NCBI GenBank assembly: GCA_965235115.1
Contig: OZ249447.1
Coordinates: 21,080,001-21,144,000 of the forward strand
DNA from: Laetmonice hystrix
Lineage: Eukaryota
Direction: 5' to 3'
Length of the DNA: 64,000 bases
The notes under the pieces are model-generated. The model did no database searches. It had not been told where the DNA came from and saw only the letters and a program-made list of their open reading frames with translations. Positions 38,871 to 50,628 of the stretch are shown here, piece after piece (positions within the stretch are counted from its first letter, which is position 1; each line of letters opens with the position of its first letter). Both the position numbers and the translations under genes were made by a program.

Positions 38871-41800
38871 AGCAGCAGCTTCGTACTTTTTTCATGAACT
38901 CTTTTTAACGGGTTTCATGAGAATTGACGACTGTCACTCTAATCACTGAGATCACACGGTGGTCGTTCGGGCCGTCTGCTGAGTCAATTCGGTATTTCAC
39001 AGAGGCGTTCAGTAAAAAACGGAAAGACAGGAAGTATAGCTTGTAAAGAAGAGTGTAAAAATGGCCACAGGCAATGAGTACAACAGTGACAGCCGACGGG
39101 AGCAAACATTGCAAATGTCATGCTCATGTTGACAAGGATTATTACAAAAAAGGGAGCCGCGGAGAACTAGAGGAGGAGGAGGAGGTTTTTATAGGGAAAG
39201 AAGGTTCGTAATAGCTAGAAGCGTGGAAAGCTAGTCATCATTAAATGATGCCGCAAATTGTGTGTCTTTTGTTCCAAGTTGTCTTCTAGACAGAGCAGAC
39301 AACTATAGACAGCAAGTCGCCATCGCCTGCATGGGTACGAGGCCTGAATATAACGGGCATGTTGTGTTAATGGGTGAAGAGGTCTACACACATCAAGGGA
39401 ATAGAAACCCACACGGCATTGAAATCAGCAGGGTGACGTATCGTTGAGGTGGGGAGCTATAGTGGCTCCTAATTTATACAAAGGAAGGGCAGTCGTAATT
39501 ACGATTGACGGTGAACAAAGGGAAGTTTCGTTTTCAATCGTTCAAATAGGCGGCTGTCGGGATCGCCAATTGGAATCGGTCATTGTGTGAATGACAAAGC
39601 CCACAAACAATTTGTTAACGAAGATTATTTGTACTGAATGAACAGGACGTTGTATATCCTGTGTGGTCTGCGTACACGGCTCGAATTGTGTTTGCTAATC
39701 CCAGGTGCAGGAGTACTGGGGTGTTGACGGTCAACACTAGGCCAGACGCTGAAGCAGCAGCAGCCGTTAGCTCGATCTGAGAGGTTCCTGCTCGGATTGC
39801 CTTTGTCAAAACTGCAGACGTCAACACAACAACTGGCAATCCCGTGGGTGGGAGGAGGAGGTGCTGGAATTAGGGCCCTTTGAACCGTGTGGTGTTAGAG
39901 TGCTGATGGTGCTGTGGATGGGTATTTACTGAAGGCCTCCGCCGCCACCACCAGTCAGAGGAGGCTGACACCTGCAGAGTGTGTTACGTCACCAAACAGC
40001 AGACAGCACAGCTTTCACGACAGGAGAAGTGTCCAACGAGTGGACAGCTTTTAGTTGAAAATATAGGTGCGTACTTCTCAGACGCGACAGCTTTTGGAAG
40101 CTGTAAGACCCGTCCCTGTATGGACATAACCAGTAGACTGCCAAGTGTACAAATGGAACACCGTTATACTCTGTGATGAAGTACTACGTAACCAAGATGG
40201 CTCCCAATCCTTGTCGAGGTAAGTTGTATGAAACTTCAGCTGTATGATTTCAGTTATGAATCCCAGATCCCCAGTCAACAGGTTTAAGGGCCAGTCGGAA
40301 AGTCGACGGTGAGCTCACCTTCATTGTGCCTTGGCTTTGCAATAACACGATGACTTTCTCGTTGTGCCTTGGCTTTGCAATAACGCGATGACTTTATCGG
40401 CATCTGACAAGGGATACATTGGTGGCGAATATTGAAACCGTTGGGGTATACTTCACAGGCCAAACCTCAGAGCCCTGCAGTGACAAATTGATCCAACTAC
40501 TGCTTTATAAAACAGCCTTTGGAACGTCGGTATAAAATAGCGCGGACGTGGTTAATAATGAGTCTTGGTGTTGCTATTTGTGGCCAGAAGATAGATAAAG
40601 AGTACTATGAGTCGCCCGTTAAGTGGAGGTTTTGATGCTCGTTCGTTTCTGGTCAGTTAAAGGTAATTGTCGACTCAAGGCTTATAGCAGGCCTATACAT
40701 AGGTTTGTGGTAAAAATACGGATTGTCGACAAAGACTGCATTGTGACATTTAATTACCAAAGTCCTGACTTTATAGCTCGTTGTCCGTTTAGAATCATTC
40801 CTTTGAAGATATTTTGAAGTAGTGAGAGAGGAAAGTCCGAGACTTGAGACTTTGAAGTGGCGAGAAAGGAATTTGGGTCAGGGCGGGCACTTAAAAAGTG
40901 TTAAAGGTTAAGGGTATCGGCTGTATTTTCTTAACCCTTCGTGTGATCGTGTGATCTTGGTGGACTCCTCCGAGGTGTGACCTACCCCCTGACCTGCAGA
41001 CATAATCTGATCCGAGTTCATGATGCTGACAGTAGGTAACGTATACTGACATCGATTTTAAGTCGAGTTTCTGCTTGGATTTCACGACCAATTCATGAAA
41101 TTTCTTTTATTGACACTGACACATTGGTCAGATTGTCTTGAGGACCTGGCAGCTGACCCCAAGATAAGAGCTTCTCCTCGGTAAATGTACACAGTCCAAG
41201 GCGAACGTTACAGAGTACCAAGCGTTGTCTGTATAGAGGGAGGTTGTTGTGATACGTTAGATTATAAAGAGTGGAGATTACGTAATTCTCTATACATGTT
41301 GCTACAGCTGCGGGTGCATTATGACAACAGATGAAAGGTTTTATACAGACCAGTATGGAGTTTACGGATTGAACTCTAGCGCCGTTAATGATCGATAAGA
41401 ACACACGCTGACCGCCAACACTTAGCACCCCACGGCGGCGGGGAGGGGTGCCCCACCCGACTCTACCCAAACACCCCCGTCCAAGAGGGTGATATATTGA
41501 ATAGAGGGGAGATATGTCAATGCCGTCTGAGACATTGTGTTAACGAATGACATAGAAGGGGTCGGGGGAAGACAGGATGTGTGGGGCGGGGGGTGTAGAC
41601 AGGGTGTGTGGTCGGGTGGGTGGGGTGGGGGTGGGGTATACGTTCTCGCACCTGTCCTGATTATGGGGTGATTATGGGGTGGCACATTCCCACAGCACTG
41701 ATGGAATGAAAACATCCTCAGTTTGCCCACCTCATACCACTGGTAGCTTTGTTAGGCTGTGGGCGGGGGAGGGGGCATGGTATAATACTATAGGCGCCTA

Positions 41801-42326
41801 GAATGGACCAGTGTTAATGTTACAATATCTATAACACTACCCTGTGATTGGTTATATATGTCTGGACACGTCTGTGACGGTAGGATCTGGATGACAGGGG
41901 TGTACAACGTTAGGCTGTAAATACTCTATATAATATCTGAGATTGCGGGACAAAATACTGCAACTAGGAGTCGGTTTGCCCTATTCAGTTTGAATAGTCA
42001 CGCAACAAAAGTTACTATTAAAACCTAGAGGCGAGTGATTCATATCCTTTAGAATTCCGTCTAAAGAATTCTACGTCTTATACCAAGTTTTTGTTACACT
42101 ATTAAAGTATAAACACGTCAACACACACGTCCTCAATCATGTAATATGGACATGGGGGATGGGCTGCAAACATTTTCCAGTCGGCATTATTAATTTTTTA
42201 AACCTAGTGTAATTGCAGTAAGTGCGCTGTCTAGCACAACCTAGGTGTGCTGCATTAGTCAGAAGTGTGGGGCTTCAGGTGAGGACAAACCGGAGTCAGT
42301 GAAGCAATCAGTCAGTGTATAATCAT

Positions 42327-44342
42327 AGTGTGGAGAAACCGTACATAGTGTATACCAACAAGTGGATAGTGACGGTCCACACTGAGTTAGGTACAGATGG
42401 GTGAGTGTGGAGAAACCACACATAGTGTATACCAACAAGTGGATAGTGACGGTCCACACTGAGTTAGGTACAGATGGGTGAGTGTGGAGAAACCACACAC
42501 GGTGTATACCAACAAGTGAATAGTGACGGTCCACACTGAGTTAGGCAGAGGTGGGTGAGTGTGGAGAAACCACACATAGTGTATACCAACAAGTGAATAG
42601 TGACGGTCCACACTGAGTTAGGCAGAGGTGGGTGAGTGTGGAGAAACCACACATAGTGTATACCAACAAGTGAATAGTGACGGTCCACACTGAGTTAGGT
42701 ACAGATGGGTGAGTGTGGAGAAACCACACACGGTGTATACCAACAAGTGAATAGTGACGGTCCACACTGAGTTAGGTACAGATGGGTGAGTGTGGAGAAA
42801 CCACACACAGTGTATACCAACAAGTGGATAGTGACGGTCCACACTGAGTTAGGCAGAGGTGGGTGAGTGTGGAGAAACCACACATAGACTAGTGTATACC
42901 AACAAGTGAATAGTGACGGTCCACACTGAGTTAGGTACAGATGGGTGAGTGTGGAGAAACCACACACGGTGTATACCAACAAGTGAATAGTGACGGTCCA
43001 CACTGAGTTAGGTACAGATGGGTGAGTGTGGAGAAACCACACACAGTGTATACCAACAAGTGGATAGTGACGGTCCACACTGAGTTAGGCAGAGGTGGGT
43101 GAGTGTGGAGAAACCACACATAGACTAGTGTATACCAACAAGTGAATAGTGACGGTCCACACTGAGTTAGGTACAGATGGGTGAGTGTGGAGAAACCACA
43201 CACAGTGTATACCAACAAGTGGATAGTGACGGTCCACACTGAGTTAGGTACAGATGGGTGAGTGTGGAGAAACCACACATAGTGTATACCAACAAGTGGA
43301 TAGTGACGGTCCACACTGAGTTAGGTACAGATGGGTGAGTGTGGAGAAACCACACATAGTGTATACCAACAAGTGGATAGTGACGGTCCACACTGAGTTA
43401 GGCAGAGGTGGGTGAGTGTGGAGAAACCACACACGGTGTATACCAACAAGTGGATAGTGACGGTCCACGCTGAGTTAGGCAGAGGTGGGTGAGTGTGGAG
43501 AAACCACACATAGTGTATACCAACAAGTGGATAGTGACGGTCCACGCTGAGTTAGGCAGAGGTGGGTGAGTGTGGAGAAACCACACACAGTGTATACCAA
43601 CAAGTGGATAGTGACGGTCCACACTGAGTTAGTCACAGATGGGTGAGTGTGGAGAAACCACACATAGTGTATACCAACAAGTGAATAGTGACGGTCCACA
43701 CTGAGTTAGGCAGAGGTGGGTGAGTGTGGAGAAACCACACACGGTGTATACCAACAAGTGGATAGTGACGGTCCACACTGAGTTAGGCAGAGGTGGGTGA
43801 GTGTGGAGAAACCACACACGGTGTATACCAACAAGTGAATAGTGACGGTCCACACTGAGTTAGGCAGAGGTGGGTGAGTGTGGAGAAACCACACACAGTG
43901 TATACCAACAAGTGGATAGTGACGGTCCACACTGAGTTAGGTACAGATGGGTGAGTGTGGAGAAACCACACATAGTGTATACCAACAAGTGGATAGTGAC
44001 GGTCCACACTGAGTTAGGTACAGATGGGTGAGTGTGGAGAAACCACACACAGTGTATACCAACAAGTGGATAGTGACGGTCCACACTGAGTTAGGTACAG
44101 ATGGGTGAGTGTGGAGAAACCACACACAGTGTATACCAACAAGTGGATAGTGACGGTCCACACTGAGTTAGGCAGAGGTGGGTGAGTGTGGAGAAACCAC
44201 ACATAGTGTATACCAACAAGTGGATAGTGACGGTCCACACTGAGTTAGGCACAGATGGGTGAGTGTGGAGAAACCACACACAGTGTATACCAACAAGTGG
44301 ATAGTGACGGTTCACACTGAGTTAGTAGACACAGATGAGTGA
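42327..44342. repeat. Satellite array, 77-bp unit (two 82-bp variants), ~26 copies
   Basis: Unit gtgtggagaaaccacac(a/g)...gtgtataccaacaagtg(g/a)atagtgacggtccacactgagttagg(tacagat/cagaggt)gggtga; ORF-track starts repeat every 77 nt. Confidence 0.98.
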
Positions 44343-47300
44343 GGCTGGTAGTGCAGCCACTCGTTTATATGGTACAGATGGATGGAGAGGACCGGACCGA
44401 TCGATTTAATAGATTTGTGATTTGTGAATTGTAATACGGATAATTTTCTGAAGCTAGGATTTGTACGGGGGGACCGGGGTTACGTTTTATCGGATATTTC
44501 GGGACTTCGAATTATGTAAGGAGTTGTAGAATTGAACCAATTTTGTCTTAAGTTACGTCATGACCATAGCAACCGGCAACACACAACTACAGACCAACCT
44601 GGCGCACAGACCTGGGGGGGGGGGGGGATTACGAGGAACGGGATACGGGATGAAGGGGGGGGGGGTCTATCCGGGGCCGAGTCCCACGGCGGATAGCTAC
44701 CCTCCCCTCTCCGTCAACCCAAACCCCGGCTCCCGGCTGGCGTCATTCCCGTCCGATGACACGGAACGCTCTGAATGTTTCAACCATTGCTCGGGACGGC
44801 ATGCAGCCGACGGGGAATGTGGTGGATTGACTCATTCTGTCTTCATCATTTCTCGGTTTATGATGGAGAGTTGTGGGCCGAGACAAAGGTACTGCTGACT
44901 GATGCAGGATACAGGCTGTATAACCTCTGAGTTTCCATACTTGTGAGGGATTAAAATGACATTCCAGTAATTATGATGTAAGGCTCGTAGAGACAGAGCC
45001 GAAGGTCACTGCCCCGTTGGCTTGAACAGGCAGCAGAACGACTGAAATAGAGGCCAGCGGGTCCTGTTCCATTGCTTCCTTTTGCCGGGAAGAATAGGCA
45101 TGGACGCATGAATTGGTGTATAATTGATTTAGAGGGCGTCTATGTAGTGCGGGCCACTAATAAAAGAACCCCAAGTTCTAACCTAACAATTCGCACCGCC
45201 AGGTCTTACCATCACAGACATTGAATGGTGTAGGTTATAACCCGTGTTTGCAGGTCACGAGTCAGCCACTCCGAATGGTGCAGGCCGCTGTTTGCAGGCC
45301 CTCGGCGGTGATCCCACTTGGAGCACACGTCATGTCCGTTCCACGGGGAACGCAAGTCTCGGCGTCGGTACATCACGCCGACAGCATCTAGTCAGCAATT
45401 AATTAGTCTGATTTATAGCTCTGGTGTAATTAGTGTTTCCAGGCTTACCAAATGAGCTAGTATTGAGTAATGGCTCAGTCACGATTTTTACAAGTGACAC
45501 CCTCCAGGCATTTGTTGGACCTTAGTTAGAGTGGCGAGTACTATCACACTCGTCTCGGGTCTTGTTACGAGACCACTCTAGTGTAGCAGGTACGACACGT
45601 TAAAAGGGTACATAACTCATGAAAGTTACAATCACACGCCAGGTAGTAATAGTTCAGTGTAAACTTTGAGAAAGATCGGATTTGAACCGGTTAGAGGGCT
45701 GATGGCAGTTATAAATCCGGTTTTTGTGGGCATGAATCATCTGGACAAACGAATGCAGTTTTTGGAAAGGGATTTTTCAAATACCCAGGTACCTGTTCTG
45801 AGTCACATAAAGTATAGATGCAAAGTGATGAAATAACCTGGCAGCTTTTTTTCTCAGTCTTGTTTCCATCCACAAGGGCCATACTTATTGCGCCGAGCCG
45901 AGGACAGGCATTTTGTGAGAGCAGTGATGGTTCAGTCATGATCAAGGTAATTTGGTAAGTGGTCTGACAGTAATGTCTGTAGTCTGGCTTGTAGAAACTG
46001 ACGGCCCGACCCAGCCAACCTGCCCTCTGACACGTACAGTCGAGGCACCCGCCTCTTACAGTATGCTGGGTGAGAGTACCATGCAGAAATACTTGGAAAT
46101 TCGTATCAAATGGATCTCTACCGCGCACGTTAATATTTCCTCAGCTCTTGCTTTTTTTCTCATGCTACAACCACAGGCAAGGATTTTTCACCTTCATGTT
46201 TTGAGGTCTCTCTGCCTGTTCAATCAACATAAGGTGCCCTACGTTCAGAGGGTCATATTGACACTTGTTATAATAGTGCGTACATTTCACATGATATTAT
46301 GTGTCAGCCCTGTTGATATACCATGTCCCTTTCCCAGATCCAGTAAGTTTCATAACCACTTACCAGTAATACCCTTCTATTTCCTGACCAAACACAAACA
46401 GACAAGGTGTATCATGTAAAAGTATAATATTTCACCGTCGCCAGGTATGAGTGATTATAGCCGGAGAGAAATTCTTCAACCGTGGCCATTCAACCGGTTT
46501 ATTAGCTTTCATATCTATAGTAGTCTTGTGGTGGTAGTTTTGTCCCATCCGCTGAGAGTGTATAGTCAATAACTAGATACAGGAAAAACGGTGACGATTT
46601 CAGTCAAAAAGTATGGTGAAGAGCTGGAAGGTATAGCGGAGGAACTACTCTAGACGTGGAAGGTTAAGTGGGGAGGACAGAACACGTAGTTGCTCTCACC
46701 TTTCTCCCCCAGCCTGCCTTCGGCTATCTCTGTTTTCTACCTTTAGTTCGTATCATTGGGCGTCCTCTGTTAGTCTCTGTATTCACAAAGACCGGGAGGG
46801 GAGATTTTACGGGAACCTTTTATGTGTGAATTGTGTGCATTGCTACAGAGATTGTGTGTTGATGGGTGTGTCTGCATGGTGTGAAGGATCTGTGTGGCTA
46901 TTGTGCCGAGGTTGGTGATGCAGAAGGTATTGTTTGTATACAACCAGACTTTGTGTGTTATGGAGACAGCAGGGATTCCTCAGGGAAGAGGAGAGAATGA
47001 CCTGATTTGTAGTCGGAGGGCAGGTGAGAGAAAGAGTCCGAGAGAGGGAGGGAGGTCTTCATGGCCCCGAGCCCCAGTCGTCACAAGACGGGCCGGGGGG
47101 CCGACCGACCGGCCGGGGGGCTGGCGGAGTGGGGGTTGAGGGGACGTGAAGTTGGTCACTAGTCCGGGTCAGCCTTGAGGGCCTCAGCGACCGGCGGACA
47201 CCAATAGAAACCCGTCACTGACCACTGAACCCAGGTCACTCTGACTGGTCGTATTCTACTGGTCGTAAACACCACCAAATTAATCGGAATCGTTGGTTCG

Positions 47301-48206
47301 CCAGCAGCAGCAGCAGCTGACGAGATAGTTGGCTGTCACTATAGTGTGGGACAGTTGGTGGGCGGTGCACGGGGCAGCGGGAGATGATCATCACACAGTG
47401 CCTTCATGACACTCAGTCAGCAGGCGAGCGTGATTTTAACGCCACCAAGAGGCGCGCATGCATGGTTCCCGTCCTTGTGAAGGTGAAAACACTGATGACG
47501 ATGTGTCACGCCAGCAAATCCGAACTCCTGCAATAGGATTGGTCGCTGATATATGTATGTGCTCAGTAGACTGTGACACACTTTGTTGTTGGTGACCTTG
47601 ATGCTTGGTCCCTGCACATTAGAGCGAGCACGACTTGATGGAGTGAGACAGCAGAGAGTTGAGACTACGCGTCGGTCGGTCGGAGTATATAAAGGTAACT
47701 CAGCCACAAGGGGGTCTGCCAAGCCTTCAAGAGACCGGGACTTGTGTCTGGACGTCAGCCGAATGTGCAGGCCTCTCGACGGGTGATTGTCTGTGAAAGG
47801 ACTTGGCTGTAAAGGCTGGAGCAGGAGGTGGGTCTCCCGAGTATCAGGGTCCCCTTTCATGTAGTGTCTCGGTGTAGAAGGGAGTCCACAACATACACGG
47901 AGCGTCATCAAAAGGTACGGGTGTGTGTTCCAGCGAGCAGAGACAGCGACCGTGGCTGGTCAGAGCAGACAGACATTGGCCGGAGTGGGGATGACCCTGT
48001 CAACAAGGATGGACGACTCCAGGACACTGTGGGAATAACTAGCGATGATAGCGTGGGACAGACTACCAGCACAGATAAGTGGGGCTTGGACCGACTGACA
48101 ATAACAAGTTCAGTAAGTGGGGCTGGAAGAGAGGACGTCGAAACCCTGCCCCAGAAGGCACGACCGCGCGATACTGATCAGGTAACTGGAAACTTTCACT
48201 GAGTGA

Positions 48207-50066
48207 CCAGACTCCATTGGAGACAAACGACACACCTGGCTTCAGACAGGCACCAAGAGGGAGGTATTCGGCCTGGCCACATGCCTCCTTGGCATGTTTG
48301 CTTATAAACTCAGGTGTTCGCCTTAAAGGAGCCGGGTCAACATTGAGTGACATGCCGATTCTCATCACACTTGGATATACATGTACACAAATCTTGTTTT
48401 AAAGGAATGTACACTGTCACGTTGACGGCGGATCGCACTGTTTCTGAGAGGCTTGATTGAAACATGGTTGACGGCTTGCCAAGCTGGTGAAAAAGTGGCA
48501 TGTTTAGGACCATCAGAACAGCAATTTGCCGTGTTGGCCGACGTGCTCGGACACGGCCGAGTGACTGACGGGGTGTTGTTAAAGTTCAAGCCTCAGTAAA
48601 GTGACCAGGTGCGAGCAGAAGCGGCAAGGTGCACCTCAAGGCAGACATCCTTGGGTACGGATTGGGACAGGCAAGGCTACCTAAACATCTCTAAAGTGTC
48701 GCCGATGCTAAGAATCCAGTGGGAGGACATACACTACAGAGATAGAGACAGAGAACCGAGACAGACCTGCAAAGATTACACGTGAAGGGAAGCCTTAGGA
48801 ATGACATGAGCGGCTAACAAAGACTTTGGGGTGGGCCGACCTCTTTCAGCAACAGAGTGGGCCATTGGCTAGGCGACCGGACCCGTGCACGTGGGAGTTT
48901 GTCAGGAGGATGCTATGCTGTGAGAACACCTAGAGTAGACGGGCAGTGCTTAAAAAATACATTTAGAACCGAGCCAAGGGACCTTTCAGGTCGACTGACT
49001 GGCCGTGCATTCTGAACAGGCACAGTGGTTGGCACTGGGCGACCGTGATACATGTGTTATATATGTGGCGACCAGGCCGATACCTGGTAGCGTGATACAA
49101 TCTGGCCGGACAGAGGCATGCTGATGGGCATTTTTTCTGCTGGCTTCCATGAGGGCACATGTGGAGACCCGATCTCCAGGCTGTTTTGCTACATAACAAG
49201 GTGAAGGAGTGGGACGTTTACCTGCCACGTCCACCGACTGCAGTATCCACCGGATACATTCGCCTCCAGTTGTTTAGGGGAGTTGGCCAGCTCAGTTTCG
49301 CAACTCGCCACGGGGTAGCATCACGCGATCCTTGGCCCATTTACACAGGCGTTAACCTGAGCACAGACCTGCATTTAGTTTTTTTACCCCTCCCCTCCGG
49401 ACCATTTCATTTGATCCTGGGAGAAACAACTTCAGTCGAGGAAAGAGACATCCTTGTTGACATGGGTTGTTGTTGTGTTGACAAAAATTAAAGTGGCGGC
49501 CCAGAACTGGTGAACACAAAAAGTCACCAGTGCTGGTTGGACGCACGTATAAAACGACCTGTTGTTGTCAGGGTGGCTGACGTAGAGAGAGAAAGTTGTA
49601 GCTCTATGCACCTTCACAGCTACAACTGACACCTAAGAAAAAAAACTGTGTGCACTCCGATCCTAGCCCGCTGCCAAGTGGGGTCACACGTGGACCTTTT
49701 TAAGATCCAAACATCAACACACCTGTGGCTTGTCTTTTCAGGGCGAGACCGTCGCCGAGTTCAGAGGCCTGCAAGTTGGTCTTTGACCCTGACGCGAGGC
49801 CCTGGCGGCAGAACGGTGAACATCTGCCTTCAGGTATTGCGTATGTCGGGCAGGTGAGAGGCACCTTCTGCATCAACAGGTGCCAGTCAGGCAGATGCTG
49901 CTCGAGCACTTTGTCCACAGCATCCACTCTGGACAGTAGCCGTACAGCAACACTGAAAAAGGTCTTTGAACCTGCTGCCAAATTGTTTCCCGTATACAGC
50001 ACAATGATAAAGGCCGCTAAACTTGCGACAAGTTACATGTATGTCAGCCCAGGGCAAAACAGCTAA
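48207..50066 (+). pseudogene. Possible decayed coding relic, family unassigned
   Basis: Frame 48207-48785 (192 codons, 4 internal stops) and frame 48841-49491 (~217 codons, 4 internal stops) give protein-like text such as RIALFLRGLIETWLTACQAGEKVACLGPSEQQFAVLADVLGH. No confident homology. Confidence 0.2.
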
Positions 50067-50398
50067 TTTGTGACTTGGGGTCAACAGCTGATGAATAATA
50101 GTGTACAGGGGTGAGAAAAAAACCCGACAAGGAAATCTTCAGTGTGGAGTGGGTACATGGTGGTGACAAGTGTTTAGATTGCTGTGCAATATTATGTCCC
50201 CGGTGGAGTAGAGCAGTGTACAGTGTGTTGGTTGGAAGTGGTTAAAAACGGGAGAGCCACTCGTCAGGCGGATACTGAGGTTAGGTTGTGTGTGTGTGAC
50301 CTTCTCCACACATAGTATACCTCACCTGGGTGGTATACCTCACCTGGGTGGTATACGTGAGGTCCTGTTGTCCATCGACAAGTCGCGATACACCTAGA

Positions 50399-50628
50399 GA
50401 CAGTACATCTCAAGGTCACACGACAGTACATCTTAAGGTCACACGACAGTACATCTCAAGGTCACACGACAGTACATCTCAAGGTCACACGACAGTACAT
50501 CTCAAGGTCACACGACAGTACATCTCAAGGTCACACGACATTACATCTCAAGGTCACACGACAGTACATCTCAAGGTCACACGACAGTACATCTCAAGGT
50601 CACACGACAGTACATCTCAAGGTCACAC
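50399..50628. repeat. Minisatellite, 23-bp unit, 10 copies
   Basis: Unit gacagtacatctcaaggtcacac. Confidence 0.97.

Noticed and set aside
42259-44315. Many 74-127-aa minus-strand ORFs, and a CRISPR-like look
   Set aside because: These are contiguous 77-bp tandem units with no unique spacers and no cas genes, in a spliced eukaryotic locus.
46425-46450. CAG|GTATGA junction
   Set aside because: The pyrimidine tract is weak and interrupted, and the donor is only moderate.
48540-49150. Ulp1/adenain-like or PKS-dehydratase-like motif hints (LGHGRVTDGVL, GWHWATV, QRHADGHFFC)
   Set aside because: Motif spacing does not fit these folds and the catalytic residues are missing.
37505-49230. Shared VYLPR peptide (13 of 15 nt) between the two putative relics
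   Set aside because: Many matches of this length are expected by chance in 64 kb.
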